From Abditibacterium sp. (GTDB taxonomy: Bacteria; Armatimonadota; Abditibacteriia; Abditibacteriales; Abditibacteriaceae): a stretch of DNA of 64,000 nucleotides. A program made the translations under genes and the position numbers. Below, in pieces: positions 1 to 10,233 of this stretch (its first letter is position 1; each line of letters starts with the position of its first letter). The DNA lies in contig CBDASK010000003.1 in the NCBI GenBank assembly GCA_965199495.1, forward strand, positions 3,424,001-3,488,000, in the 5' to 3' direction. The notes below the pieces were generated by a model that was given only the letters and a program-made list of their open reading frames with translations, searched no databases and was not told where the DNA came from.

Positions 1-782
1 ACTGTGTCCATCGCCGTGACCGCCTGGCCGCTACCCAGAACTTCGGCGACTTGTTCGCTCGTCGCGTCGTCCATTTGCTGCGCTTGCTCAAGGCGCAGAC
101 GCACTTCGCTGTCGGTCAAATAGGGCAAGACTTCGCCGATCAAATCCAATTCTTCGTCCGCATCTAAATCGCGCGCGCGCGCCATGAAACACGCGGCCAT
201 CGCCACAGCCACGGCGCCCGCGACGCCTTCGGGATGCGCGTGCGTCACGCGCGCGCTGCGGCGCGCTTGCTCGGCGACGATTTCGGGATTGTCGGCGAAA
301 TAGGCGCCAATCGGTGCCGCGCGCATCGCGGCGCCGTTGCCGAAACTGCCCATTCCCTCGAACAGTTGCGGCGATTCTACGCGCCAATCGCCCGCGCCGA
401 TGGCGGGCAACAACGCGAACATCGCTCCGCCGTAACCGCGATTCGGGTCGGCGGCGTAGCGACGCGAAAATCCGCGCGCCAGAGCGTCGGGATTAATCTC
501 GCCGAATTCGCGCAAATTGGCGACGATTTCCAATGTCATCGCGGTGTCGTCCGTCCAAACCCACGGCGTCTCGATGAACTCGGTGCGCCGCGTGTCAATT
601 AAAAGTTGCAGCGCGCGCGTGCCCTCGAACTCGAACGGAATGTCTTCGAGTAAACCCGTCGGCAACATGCGTTGCGCCAGTTCGAGGCTCATGAAAAAGC
701 CTTCGCCAAACGCATCGCCGACGCTTGTGCCTTCGAGCGCATCAAGGGCGCGCGCTAAACGCGCTTCGGGAGTGGATTGCAT
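1..782 (-). CDS. ADP-ribosylglycohydrolase family protein (3' end runs off window)
   Basis: Manual translation from ATG at 782: MQSTPEARLARALDALEGTSVGDAFG...WTDDTAMT...GSFGNGAAMRAAPIG...VTHAHPEG; GDA, TDDT and GNGAAMR motifs. Confidence 0.9.
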   Translation of the reverse strand, partial: MQSTPEARLARALDALEGTSVGDAFGEGFFMSLELAQRMLPTGLLEDIPFEFEGTRALQLLIDTRRTEFIETPWVWTDDTAMTLEIVANLREFGEINPDALARGFSRRYAADPNRGYGGAMFALLPAIGAGDWRVESPQLFEGMGSFGNGAAMRAAPIGAYFADNPEIVAEQARRSARVTHAHPEGVAGAVAVAMAACFMARARDLDADEELDLIGEVLPYLTDSEVRLRLEQAQQMDDATSEQVAEVLGSGQAVTAMDT

Positions 783-804
783 AATTTATAGTTTGAAAAC
801 TCTT

Positions 805-1281
805 TTATTCTACTCCGCACATCACGTCACCTTTAGGGCATCCGGGGCACGCGGATGTAGGAGTTTCGGCCAGTAACTTGTTGATAGCGCGCAACGATTT
901 CGGGGTCAAACGACTGCCAGTCCCTTTACTCTGAGTTGGATAGATCGAAAAATGACCATGCAAAGGATCGAGTATTCGGTAAGAAATCGAGCTATCTCGG
1001 TAGGTTTCAATGAACGCCAAATCGGAAGGTGAACTCCAACTACCAGCGCTTGCTGGCTTCGTCCAGTTTGGATCGGTTTCCCATAAATCTATCATCTGTT
1101 TGGCGGCTTCGCCTTCCAAATGGCGCATTCGACACTTGTCTTTGGGCGGGCGTATCATCCGAATTTCGAGGCTCGCCAATTGGGTGCCCGCAATTTTATA
1201 GCGTTGATAAAGCGTCGCACTCAGTGGTACCGCTAACGCGAGCAAGACTGTTAAAGCCAACCATCGCAAATCTTTCTTCAT
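805..1281 (-). CDS. hypothetical protein with N-terminal membrane anchor
   Basis: 158 aa ORF, hydrophobic N-terminus, co-oriented with the downstream gene. Confidence 0.6.
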   Translation of the reverse strand: MKKDLRWLALTVLLALAVPLSATLYQRYKIAGTQLASLEIRMIRPPKDKCRMRHLEGEAAKQMIDLWETDPNWTKPASAGSWSSPSDLAFIETYRDSSISYRILDPLHGHFSIYPTQSKGTGSRLTPKSLRAINKLLAETPTSACPGCPKGDVMCGVE

Positions 1282-1336
1282 GGCGATTCCAAAAATCAGG
1301 CGCGCTTGAAATGACGCACGTTGTAAATTATAATCC

Positions 1337-1711
1337 GTGAAAATTCACGGTTTGCATCATATTTTACTGCCCGCCCGCGATGTCGCGCGCGCCGCAGCCT
1401 TCTACGAAAAACTAGGCATGGAAGCGGTTTCGCCCATCAACCCGCGCATGGCGTGGATGCAGTTCGGCGGCAACCAACTGCACTTGTGGTTGAACGACGA
1501 AAAACACCCTTACAACGGCTGGACGCACGAGCCGTCGCCGCATTTCGCCATCGCCGTTGACGACGTTCACGCTTACGAATCGCATATTGCGGCAATCGGC
1601 GGCGAAGTGATTCAAAAAGCTGGACAACGCCCCAACGGAACATGGTATCTGTTCGCTTTGGACACCGAAGGCAATCGCTTCGAGTTGATGGAATTGCCAT
1701 CGGAGAATTAG
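1337..1711 (+). CDS. VOC/glyoxalase family protein
   Basis: GLHHI...FYEKLG...HFAIAVDD...DTEGNRFEL motifs. Confidence 0.9.
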   Translation: MKIHGLHHILLPARDVARAAAFYEKLGMEAVSPINPRMAWMQFGGNQLHLWLNDEKHPYNGWTHEPSPHFAIAVDDVHAYESHIAAIGGEVIQKAGQRPNGTWYLFALDTEGNRFELMELPSEN

Positions 1712-1830
1712 CCACAGAGAACACAGAGGGACACAGAGAAGACGAAGGAAATATGAAGTAGAGGAACTAATCTCACATTTCCGCTTCTACTTCTAATTTT
1801 CTTCGTCTTCTCTGTGTTCTCTGTGGCTAA
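1708..1830. repeat. inverted repeat built from CACAGAG(AA) units between convergent genes
   Basis: ttagccacagagaacacagag ... ctctgtgttctctgtggctaa; acacagagaagacgaag pairs with cttcgtcttctctgtgt. Confidence 0.85.
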
Positions 1831-1833
1831 AAA

Positions 1834-2715
1834 TTAGCGTTCGCTATACCCGAAACGGCTGAGCCACGCATCGTTGTCGCGCCATTTATCGCGGACTTTG
1901 ACGCGCAATTCCAGAAACACTTTTTTGCCCAACGAACTCTCGATTTCGCGGCGCGCTTGCTGGCCGATTTCTTTGATGCGCGCGCCCTTTTCGCCGATAA
2001 CGATTTTCTTCTGGCCTTCGCGTTCGACGTAGACAATCGCCTCGATATACATGCGATTGTCGGGGCGTGGCTGCATCTGCTCGACAGCCACGGCGACCGA
2101 ATGCGGGATTTCTTCGCGCAACTGCGCCAACGCTTGTTCGCGAATTAATTCTTCAACGTGGAATTCGGGCGTGCGGTCGCCGATCATATCGGGCGGGAAA
2201 TACGGTTCGCCTTCGGGCAATCGCGCGATAATTGCGGCGCGCAACTCGTCCAAACCCGCGCCGGTCAACGCCGAAATTTCGTAAGTGCCATCGAAAACGC
2301 GCAGAGCCTCGAACTGGCGGCGGCGATAATCGCTCACCGCTAACGCGTCAATTTTGTTGAGCGCCAGCAAAACCGGGCCTTGGTAATGTTTCAGCAGTTC
2401 GGCGGCGCGGCGGTCGTCGGCGTGCGGCGCGTCGGTGGCATCGGCGACGAACAACACGCATTCGACATCGGCCAAAGCGCTGCGCGCGTTTTTGACGAGA
2501 GTTTCACCCAACTTATGCTGCGGCTCGTGAATGCCGGGCGTGTCCAAAAAGACGATTTGAAACTCGTCGCCGCCGTGCAAAACGCCGGTAATTCTGTGGC
2601 GCGTGGTTTGTGGCCGAGGCGAAACGATGACGTGCTTGCGGCCCAATAACGCGTTGAGAAGCGTTGACTTACCGGCGTTGGGTCGGCCCCACAAAGTGCA
2701 AAATCCTGATTTCAT
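1834..2715 (-). CDS. era: GTPase Era
   Basis: GRPNAGKS, QTTR, DTPG, NKID, EIPHS and KH-domain IVIGEKG motifs. Confidence 0.97.
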   Translation of the reverse strand: MKSGFCTLWGRPNAGKSTLLNALLGRKHVIVSPRPQTTRHRITGVLHGGDEFQIVFLDTPGIHEPQHKLGETLVKNARSALADVECVLFVADATDAPHADDRRAAELLKHYQGPVLLALNKIDALAVSDYRRRQFEALRVFDGTYEISALTGAGLDELRAAIIARLPEGEPYFPPDMIGDRTPEFHVEELIREQALAQLREEIPHSVAVAVEQMQPRPDNRMYIEAIVYVEREGQKKIVIGEKGARIKEIGQQARREIESSLGKKVFLELRVKVRDKWRDNDAWLSRFGYSER

Positions 2716-2761
2716 GTGTAAACAGTTTGGCTGATATGGGCGCGCGCTGAAACTTCGCCCC

Positions 2762-2812
2762 TTGACAACGCGCGCACTTTATTTTAATCTGTTTATTGAA
2801 TGAACATTCAAT
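2762..2812 (+). promoter_or_regulatory. sigma70 promoter and probable TetR operator
   Basis: TTGACA 2762-2767, 17 bp spacer, TAATCT 2785-2790; palindrome ATTGAATG-AA-CATTCAAT 2795-2812 overlaps the tetR start. Confidence 0.7.
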
Positions 2813-3414
2813 CAAAAAGCGAAGAATTAGAAAAGTCCTCGAAAGGCGGGCGGCAGTTGCAGTCGCAGGAACAGAGTCGGCGGTTGGTCGAGACGGCGTT
2901 GCGGTTGTTTTCGCAGCGCGGCTACGACGCGACTTCAATTAAGGCGATTGCGACTGCGGCGGGCGTGGCCGTCGGGCTGCTCTACCATTATTTTCCGTCC
3001 AAGGAGGCGTTGTTGGGCGAGATTTTGGAAACGCACTCGTTTCTGCCCGAACTGCGCGCACTGCTTTTAGTCGAACATGACCTGCCCACCGAAAGAGTGC
3101 TGCTCGATGTGGCGCGCGGGTTTGCCAGTTTGATCGAGGACAAAGACGAGATTTTTCGCCTGATGGTGCGCGAAAGCCAGAGCAACGCCGCAATTGCGGC
3201 GACTCTGAGCCAGACCGTGCAGGAAGGCATCGCGACACTATCGGCGTTTTTGCAGACGCGCGTGCAGGTCGGCGAACTGCGCCCTCACGACACCACGCTA
3301 ACCGCGCGGGCGCTCTTGGCGACGGTCTTTACTACGCACCTGATGCGACTCCCCAAACCCGATTGGGAATCGCTGGTTGCGCAGACGTTGGACGGAGTGC
3401 GCGCCCAGAACTGA
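2800..3414 (+). CDS. TetR/AcrR family transcriptional regulator
   Basis: LFSQRGYDATSIKAIATAAGVAVGLLYHYFPSKEAL helix-turn-helix. Confidence 0.95.
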   Translation: MNIQSKSEELEKSSKGGRQLQSQEQSRRLVETALRLFSQRGYDATSIKAIATAAGVAVGLLYHYFPSKEALLGEILETHSFLPELRALLLVEHDLPTERVLLDVARGFASLIEDKDEIFRLMVRESQSNAAIAATLSQTVQEGIATLSAFLQTRVQVGELRPHDTTLTARALLATVFTTHLMRLPKPDWESLVAQTLDGVRAQN

Positions 3415-3447
3415 CGCGCGGGCCGAGCGCCCGCAGGGAGAACACAC

Positions 3448-5016
3448 ATGAAAACCGAAACTACCGAAGTGATAATTGTGGGCGCCGGGCCGACGGGCCT
3501 TTCGCTGGCAGCCCAACTGGTGCGCTATGGAATATCTTTTGTCATTGTTGACAAAAAATCGGGCGTGACCGATTTGTCCAAAGCCCTCGTCGTTCACGCG
3601 CGCACCCTGGAAATTTACGATCAAATTGGTCTGGCGCAACCCGCCATTGCTGATGGGCAAGAGTTTCGTCGCGTCACATTACTGAAGCAGGGAAAAATCA
3701 AAGCGGAGCTTGATTTCGCTGAACTGGGCGAGAACATTAGCCAATATCCGTTGCCGCTCATTTATGAGCAGAGCAAAAACGAGAGTTTGCTTTACGAATT
3801 TTTGCGCGACAAAAATCAGGATGTGCGCTGGCAAACCGAACTCGAAAGCCTGACGCAAAACGACGAAGGCGTGACCGCGACTTTGCGCAACACTGATGGA
3901 AAAACGCAGCAATTAACCGCGCGTTATCTGGTGGGTTGCGATGGCGCCAGCAGCACGACGCGCCACGATTTGGGTTTTGAGTTCGAGGGTTCGACGGCGG
4001 CGCGTCTGTTTTATGTCGCCGATGTGACGATGGAAATCGAGACTCCGCAAGATTCCGTTCAACTTTCGTTTGGGCGCGAAGAGTTCGTGGCCATGTTTCC
4101 GATGCCGGGCGAAAAACATTGGCGTCTGCTGGGCAATTTGACTCGCAACGATGCCGATTCGCAGCGCGAAATCCTTTATGATGAAATCGAAAGCAAAGTC
4201 AAAGCTTTGGTGGAAAAGCCGCTCGACATCACCGAAGTGCGCTGGTTTTCGAGTTACAAAATTCACACGCGCCACGCCAAACGTTTTCTGATGGGGCGCT
4301 GTCTTCTGGCCGGAGACGCCGCGCACGTTCACACTCCCGTCGGCGGGCAGGGCATGAATACCGGCATTCAAGATGCCTACAATTTGGCGTGGAAACTGGC
4401 GCTACTATTACGTGGCGTGGCAGACGAAAAACTGCTCGAAACCTACAACTCCGAGCGCTTGGCTAACGCAAAAAAATTGCTCGATACGACCGATAAAGCC
4501 TTCGATATGATCGTGGCTGGGCACTGGTATGGCGAAGTTTTTCGCGATACTCTGTTGCCACTTCTGGCGAGCGTTGCCTGGCAATTCGAGGGCGCCAGAG
4601 AATTCATTTTTGCCACGGTGACGATGTTGGCCATTCATTATCCCGACAGTCCGCTCAGCCGTCACGCGGGCGATAAGTCGTTTGCGGTGAAAGCGGGCCA
4701 ATATCTGCCGTATTTCCTGAGCGAGGGAAAAAGCATTTACGAATTGCTTTATGCGCCGAAATTCCATCTGCTCGCTTTTTCCAACGATGCGAGTGCGCTC
4801 GATAAATTAAACGTGAATGCCAGCGATTGGCTGGATGTTTATCGGGTGCCGCTTTCGGCGCGCGTAACCGAGATTTTCGGGGCGGACAAAGCGTTTTTCG
4901 TGTTGCTACGTCCCGATAATTACATCGCGATTATCGCGGAGAATGTCGCAGAAGACGACGTTAATAATTATTTTGGTGGCTTGTTATCGCGTGTCGCTGG
5001 CGCGAGTCGACAATAA
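3448..5016 (+). CDS. FAD-dependent monooxygenase (aromatic hydroxylase family)
   Basis: GAGPTG, GCDGASS and GDAAHVHTPVGGQGMNTGIQDAYNL motifs. Confidence 0.93.
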   Translation: MKTETTEVIIVGAGPTGLSLAAQLVRYGISFVIVDKKSGVTDLSKALVVHARTLEIYDQIGLAQPAIADGQEFRRVTLLKQGKIKAELDFAELGENISQYPLPLIYEQSKNESLLYEFLRDKNQDVRWQTELESLTQNDEGVTATLRNTDGKTQQLTARYLVGCDGASSTTRHDLGFEFEGSTAARLFYVADVTMEIETPQDSVQLSFGREEFVAMFPMPGEKHWRLLGNLTRNDADSQREILYDEIESKVKALVEKPLDITEVRWFSSYKIHTRHAKRFLMGRCLLAGDAAHVHTPVGGQGMNTGIQDAYNLAWKLALLLRGVADEKLLETYNSERLANAKKLLDTTDKAFDMIVAGHWYGEVFRDTLLPLLASVAWQFEGAREFIFATVTMLAIHYPDSPLSRHAGDKSFAVKAGQYLPYFLSEGKSIYELLYAPKFHLLAFSNDASALDKLNVNASDWLDVYRVPLSARVTEIFGADKAFFVLLRPDNYIAIIAENVAEDDVNNYFGGLLSRVAGASRQ

Positions 5017-5019
5017 TCA

Positions 5020-5052
5020 AAAGAGCCGTGAATTTTAAATTCACGGCTCTTT
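5020..5052. terminator. bidirectional intrinsic terminator
   Basis: aaagagccgtgaatt...aattcacggctcttt between convergent genes. Confidence 0.75.
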
Positions 5053-5066
5053 CAAAGCGATTTAAT

Positions 5067-5948
5067 TCAGCTCCACGGCGACGCGCCGACCGGCGGCACT
5101 TGCGAGCGTAAGGCTTCGAGCGCGGCGATGCGTTTGTCCATCGGCGGGTGCGTTGAAAATAGCGCTTGAATGCCACCTAAGCCGCGAAACGGATTGACGA
5201 TGCACAGATGCGCGGTTTGCGGCGACATCGAATGATTCGGAATTTGCGCGGCGCCTAATTCGAGCTTTCGCAGACCGCTAATCAAACCGTCGGGCGAACC
5301 GGTAAGGCGCGCCGAAAACGCGTCAGCTTCGTATTCGCGCGAGCGCGAAACGGCGCTTTGAATCATCGCCGCGACGATTGGGCCGACGATCATCATCGCG
5401 ATCACGGTGAGGAAATTGTTGCCGTCGCGCGAGTTGCCGCCGATGCCAAAGATGGCGCCAAAACGCGCGATTTGCACCAGCACCATTAACGCGCCCGCGA
5501 GCGTGGCGACAATCGCCATCGTCAACGTATCGCGGTTGGCGACGTGACCCAATTCGTGCGCAATAACGCCCTCGATTTCTTTTTGTGACAATAAACTCAG
5601 CAATCCCATATTAACAGCCACGGCGGCGTGGCTGGGGTTGCGCCCGGTGGCAAAGGCGTTGGGCGAGGGATCGTTGATGATGTAAAGTTTGGGCATCGGC
5701 AATTGCGCGCGTTGCACCAAAGTTTCGGTCATGCGATACAAATCGGGCGCCTGTTGCGCGTCAACGGGTTGCGCGCCCGTCATCTTCAGCACGATTTTGT
5801 CGGAAAACCAATAGGAGCCGAAGTTCATCGCCATCGCGATAACGAACGCGATTATCATGCCCTGCGTGCCACCGAGCATGCGCCCGACGAGCAAAACCAA
5901 GGCGGTAAGAGCCGCCAGCAACAGGCCGACTTTGAGGGTGTTTAACAT
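5067..5948 (-). CDS. htpX: zinc metalloprotease HtpX
   Basis: PNAFATGRNP, HELGH, SRSREYEAD, FSTHPP; start taken at MLNTLK. Confidence 0.95.
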   Translation of the reverse strand: MLNTLKVGLLLAALTALVLLVGRMLGGTQGMIIAFVIAMAMNFGSYWFSDKIVLKMTGAQPVDAQQAPDLYRMTETLVQRAQLPMPKLYIINDPSPNAFATGRNPSHAAVAVNMGLLSLLSQKEIEGVIAHELGHVANRDTLTMAIVATLAGALMVLVQIARFGAIFGIGGNSRDGNNFLTVIAMMIVGPIVAAMIQSAVSRSREYEADAFSARLTGSPDGLISGLRKLELGAAQIPNHSMSPQTAHLCIVNPFRGLGGIQALFSTHPPMDKRIAALEALRSQVPPVGASPWS

Positions 5949-6029
5949 CGAAATGCGCTTAAATGAAAGCGTCGTATCAACAGACGAAAAGCGCGAGGCA
6001 AAGCCCCGCGCTTTCACGATAATTTACCT

Positions 6030-7145
6030 TTATTCCAAGTTGTAATCCACCACATAACGATAGCCCGAATCCTGTTTCATCTCCTCAAACGCTTCGTTGA
6101 TTTTCGATAGCGGAATCACCTGCGTAATCAGTTCGTCAACCTTGACTTTGCCGTCCATATACAAATCAATCAGTTCGGGCAACTGCGTTTTGCCGCGACA
6201 ACCGCCAAATGCGGTGCCGATGAGTTTGCGTCCGGCGATGAGCAAGCGCGGCGTGACTTCCATCGTCTCGCCAGTTTTGGCGACGCCGATGAGGCAACAA
6301 ACGCCGCCACCGTAAATCGCCGATTCCAACGCCTGCGTCATGACTTTGGTGTTGCCGGTCGCTTCAAACGTATAATCCGCGCCGCCGCCCGTTAGTTCCT
6401 TGACCAGAGCCACGGCGTCGCCGCCGGTTGGATTGAGTGTGTGAGTGGCGCCGAACTCTTTCGCGCGTTCGAGCCGCTCGTCGTTCAAATCAACGGCGAT
6501 GATCATTGCGGCGCCCGCGAGTTTGCAGCCCTGCAACACGTTCAGGCCAATCGGCCCGACGCCGAAAACCGCGCATTTGCTGCCCGCTTGCACTTTCGAG
6601 GTATAAAGCGCGGCGCCGATGCCGGTCGTGACGGCGCAACCAAACAGCGCCGCGACATGAGCGGGCGCGTCGTCGCGCACTTTCGCGACCGCTTCCTGAT
6701 GCACGACGGTGTATTGGCTAAACGTCGAACACAGCATGAAGTGATGCAAATCTTCGCCATCTTTATGAAAGCGCATCGTGCCGTCGTTCATCGAACCGCC
6801 GAAATAGGCGTCATCTAAGGCCGAACACAAATTGCTTTCGCCGCCCAGACATTCGCGGCACTGCCCGCACTGCGGAATATAAATCGGTACCACGCGGTCG
6901 CCGACTTTGAACTCCGTCACGCCCTCTCCGACTTTGACGATGGTGCCGCAACCTTCGTGGCCCAACACCGAGTTGGCGCGCGTGGTGGTGTCGCCGCCCG
7001 CCATATACCAAATTTCGGTGTGACACAAGCCGGTCGCGTCGAGTTTGATCATCACTTCGCCAGCTTGTGGGTCGTCCACTTCGATTTCCGTCACCAGCAA
7101 CGGCTGGTTGATGCCTTGAAAAACGGCGGCTTTAGATTGAATCAT
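6030..7145 (-). CDS. zinc-dependent alcohol dehydrogenase, class III-like
   Basis: CHTE, GHEG, CGQCRECL...C, GCAVTTG and GVGPIG motifs. Confidence 0.9.
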   Translation of the reverse strand: MIQSKAAVFQGINQPLLVTEIEVDDPQAGEVMIKLDATGLCHTEIWYMAGGDTTTRANSVLGHEGCGTIVKVGEGVTEFKVGDRVVPIYIPQCGQCRECLGGESNLCSALDDAYFGGSMNDGTMRFHKDGEDLHHFMLCSTFSQYTVVHQEAVAKVRDDAPAHVAALFGCAVTTGIGAALYTSKVQAGSKCAVFGVGPIGLNVLQGCKLAGAAMIIAVDLNDERLERAKEFGATHTLNPTGGDAVALVKELTGGGADYTFEATGNTKVMTQALESAIYGGGVCCLIGVAKTGETMEVTPRLLIAGRKLIGTAFGGCRGKTQLPELIDLYMDGKVKVDELITQVIPLSKINEAFEEMKQDSGYRYVVDYNLE

Positions 7146-7187
7146 GAGGATGGAAGTCTAAGCAATTGGCGGTAAACTCTGCTTCAT

Positions 7188-7802
7188 ATGAGCGCACAAC
7201 TTCAACTCGAAACGTGGACGCAAGACGAATATCTGACGATGGAAGAGAATTCGCCCATCAAACATGAACTGATTTACGGCATTCCCTACGCGATGGCGGG
7301 CTGCACGTTCAATCACACGCGCGTTTGCACCAACTTGGCTCGACACATAGGAAACCGTTTGAGCGGCAAACCTTGTAACGTGCATTCGAGCGAGCAGAAA
7401 GTCAAAGTCGAAAAATCGGGCAATACCTTTTATCCCGACGCGGTGATTTTCTGCCCGCCGTCGCGTTTCGCGGGCAAGGGCGACCAACTTCTGCTCACGC
7501 CAACGGTGATTTTCGAGGTTCTCTCGCCCTCGACCGCCGAATACGACCGCGCCGATAAATTCAAGGATTATCGCCGCATCGAGACTTTAACCGACTACGT
7601 TCTCATCGATCCCGACCGCATTTACGTTGACCATTTTCGCCGTCAGAGCGACGGTTGGCTGTTGCGCAATTACACGTTGCGCTCCGACGTTTTGCTGTTT
7701 CCCGATTTACAAATCGAACTGCCGCTCGAAGAAATCTACGAAGAGTTGGACGTGCCCGAATCGTTGCAATTGGTGTGGCCACCCGCCAGCGACGAAGATT
7801 GA
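7188..7802 (+). CDS. Uma2 family restriction-endonuclease-like protein
   Basis: YAMAG...H, YPD, EVLSPSTAEYDRADKF motifs. Confidence 0.92.
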   Translation: MSAQLQLETWTQDEYLTMEENSPIKHELIYGIPYAMAGCTFNHTRVCTNLARHIGNRLSGKPCNVHSSEQKVKVEKSGNTFYPDAVIFCPPSRFAGKGDQLLLTPTVIFEVLSPSTAEYDRADKFKDYRRIETLTDYVLIDPDRIYVDHFRRQSDGWLLRNYTLRSDVLLFPDLQIELPLEEIYEELDVPESLQLVWPPASDED

Positions 7803-7830
7803 TCGTATCGAATCGGGGAAACTATTGAGC

Positions 7831-8298
7831 ATGAACGAGACATTGCACGCGCGGGCCGCCAGCGCGCCGGGAAAATTAATTTTCATTGCGGGCGTGGCTG
7901 TGCTTTACGGCTGTTTGTGGGGCGCGTTTGCCATTTTTTCCCGCGCCATTACGGTGTTATTATGGAGTTTCGCAACGGCAGACCCGGCTTATCACATCGA
8001 CGGTTTTGCTTCGCTCTATCTGGCTCTGGTTTATGGGCCGATTGAAATCGTGCCCTACATTTTCCCTCTGGCACTGGCTTTCGCCGTCGTTTTGGCCGTG
8101 GGCGAAAGCAAAGAACGCGATTTAGTTCGCCTCAGCTTTGGGCTGGGAGTTCTAAGCGGCGTGATTCAACTGGCGATTCTCGCTCTGGTTTATCCGATAG
8201 CTGGAATTACGCCTGAACTTGCGCTCTTCGCTTCGCCCGCATTTTTAGGTTCGGTTGGCGCTGGATGCTTCATCGGACGCATGCTTGAACACGATTAA
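7831..8298 (+). CDS. hypothetical membrane protein
   Basis: About four hydrophobic segments; start taken at MNETLH; 3' end overlaps the convergent gene. Confidence 0.55.
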   Translation: MNETLHARAASAPGKLIFIAGVAVLYGCLWGAFAIFSRAITVLLWSFATADPAYHIDGFASLYLALVYGPIEIVPYIFPLALAFAVVLAVGESKERDLVRLSFGLGVLSGVIQLAILALVYPIAGITPELALFASPAFLGSVGAGCFIGRMLEHD

Positions 8299-10182
8299 TT
8301 TCTGTTTGACAATCGCGCCCGCGCTTGTAAATCCCAGCATCATCAACGAGACGAAGACGCCGAGGCGAAACGTTTCGGGATTGTAGCCGCCGTCTTTCCA
8401 GCCGGGCGAAAACGCCGCGCCACTGATGCGCGTTTGTCCGACAATCGGACGTTCCCACACGTCGCAACCATCGGCGGAAAATACGATTTTTCCCTGCGGC
8501 GTATTGGTGCCCAAATCCAAACTTTGCGGCACAACAATAAAGCGCGTCGCCAGCGAATCCAAGACCGGCGAGCGCAAATTATTGATCAAAACCATGTTGC
8601 CGTTGAGCGCGGGTTCGGCGCCCTCGACCTGTTGGCCGCCTAAATTGGTGAACTCTTCGCCGTTGATATAAGCGCGATATTGGCGCAACGAAAGCGAATC
8701 GTAGCCGTTGACTTCGTTGAGACGATAAACCGTCGCGCCGTTGGGCGGCAGCGCGCCGATTGGATGGGTTTGCGGCGGGCGAAACGCTTCGTTGGGCAGC
8801 CACTGCGTGCGCGGCGTATAAAACAAAACGCGATTGTTTTGGTCAACGCGCGCTTGCAGCCACGTCGTCAAAGTCGTGGTCGGATAAATCTGCGCGCGCG
8901 GCGCTGTCGGTTGCGCGATGAACGCATTGAATCCCAATTCGGCGGCGACGAGAAGCAAAGCCACGGCGGGCACGAGGGAACTTTTTAGCTTCGCGCGCAA
9001 GAAATCTACGCCAAATCCGCACAATAGCGCCGCGCCCAAATTCCACAAAACTAAAGCGCGGCCCGTGCCGCCCATTTGCGAAACGCCGGGCACGCCATAA
9101 AAAAACAATTGCGCGAGGGGCGTCGCGAGCGCGTAGAGCAAACCGAAAATCGTCAAAGCCAACGCGAACCATTTGCCACTCGAACTTTGATTTGGGCGCG
9201 CGCGCCAGGCCAAACCGGCCAGCGCCAAGAGCGCGACGCCGACGCCGACGTAACCGAAATTTTCGTTAAGTGACGCCCAACTCATCGGCCAACCGGGAAT
9301 AAACAGCGACGGCAGTTCGCCAATTTGTAAAGCGCGTTTGTGAACTTCCTGCCACGCCTCCGGCGTGGCTGCTCCGACCGCGCGATGACCGTAGCGCGCC
9401 AATTCGAGCGTCGGCAAAATTTGTAGCATCGAAAGCAGTGCCGCGCCGAATAATGCGCTGAACCAGATTAAGTAACCGCGCCCGCGCTTTTTCAAAAACG
9501 GCACGCGTAGCAACAACGCCAGAACAATGTAAAAGAAAATCTGCGCGTGTCCCGCCAACAGCGCGCACGAAAGCGCCAAAACCAAACCTAACGCCGACAG
9601 ATGCGCGCGCTTGTCGTCGCAGGCTTTCTCGAATAACAACAGACAGAGCGGCAACCAACTCGCCGTCGCAAATAGCGTCGGCAACAGCGCCCACGCGGCC
9701 AAATAGCCGCAAAACGCAAACGCAATCGCCGCGACAACGCTCGCCGCGCGGCTCAGGCGCCAGCGTTGGCACAGAAAATACGTCGAAAACGCCGCCAAAA
9801 GCGTGTGCGCCAATGCAGCCACGCCGAAGGCGTAGGCGGTATCGAAGAGCCAAAACGGCAAATTGAGCGGGTAGAAAACCGCGCTTTGCGCGTTGGCCAC
9901 GAACGGCGTGCCGGAGAACTCGAACGGATTCCAGAGCGGAATGTGTCCGCGCTGCAATTCTTGCGCGGCGAAGTGACGCCACGGATAATACTGCGCCAGC
10001 GAATCCCATTGCAAAATTGTCCACGGCGCCTGCGGATTGCCGCCAAAGGGCGCGAAGCCGGACAGCATCGCGCCGGGTAGCAAAACCTGGCCGGTGAACA
10101 AAACGCGGCTCCACAGCGCGAGGGCAAAAAGCGTGAGAAGTCCCAGCGACGGCGCGTGTTTCTGCGGTAAAATAGATTTCAT
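8245..10182 (-). CDS. YfhO-like GT-C membrane glycosyltransferase
   Basis: D..QYYPW, PLWNP..SGTPF, FYP, GHAQ, GYDS motifs; many transmembrane helices; start taken at MKSILP. Confidence 0.8.
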   Translation of the reverse strand: MKSILPQKHAPSLGLLTLFALALWSRVLFTGQVLLPGAMLSGFAPFGGNPQAPWTILQWDSLAQYYPWRHFAAQELQRGHIPLWNPFEFSGTPFVANAQSAVFYPLNLPFWLFDTAYAFGVAALAHTLLAAFSTYFLCQRWRLSRAASVVAAIAFAFCGYLAAWALLPTLFATASWLPLCLLLFEKACDDKRAHLSALGLVLALSCALLAGHAQIFFYIVLALLLRVPFLKKRGRGYLIWFSALFGAALLSMLQILPTLELARYGHRAVGAATPEAWQEVHKRALQIGELPSLFIPGWPMSWASLNENFGYVGVGVALLALAGLAWRARPNQSSSGKWFALALTIFGLLYALATPLAQLFFYGVPGVSQMGGTGRALVLWNLGAALLCGFGVDFLRAKLKSSLVPAVALLLVAAELGFNAFIAQPTAPRAQIYPTTTLTTWLQARVDQNNRVLFYTPRTQWLPNEAFRPPQTHPIGALPPNGATVYRLNEVNGYDSLSLRQYRAYINGEEFTNLGGQQVEGAEPALNGNMVLINNLRSPVLDSLATRFIVVPQSLDLGTNTPQGKIVFSADGCDVWERPIVGQTRISGAAFSPGWKDGGYNPETFRLGVFVSLMMLGFTSAGAIVKQKLIVFKHASDEASSANRT

Positions 10183-10233
10183 GCGGGAATGTGACGCCCT
10201 TGGGAGTTGCGTTTGTCCAACCCTTTTTAATTC

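Noticed and set aside
8245..8298. 54-bp 3' overlap of convergent genes as a regulatory device
   Set aside because: Short tail-to-tail overlaps are common and the plus-strand gene is itself uncertain.
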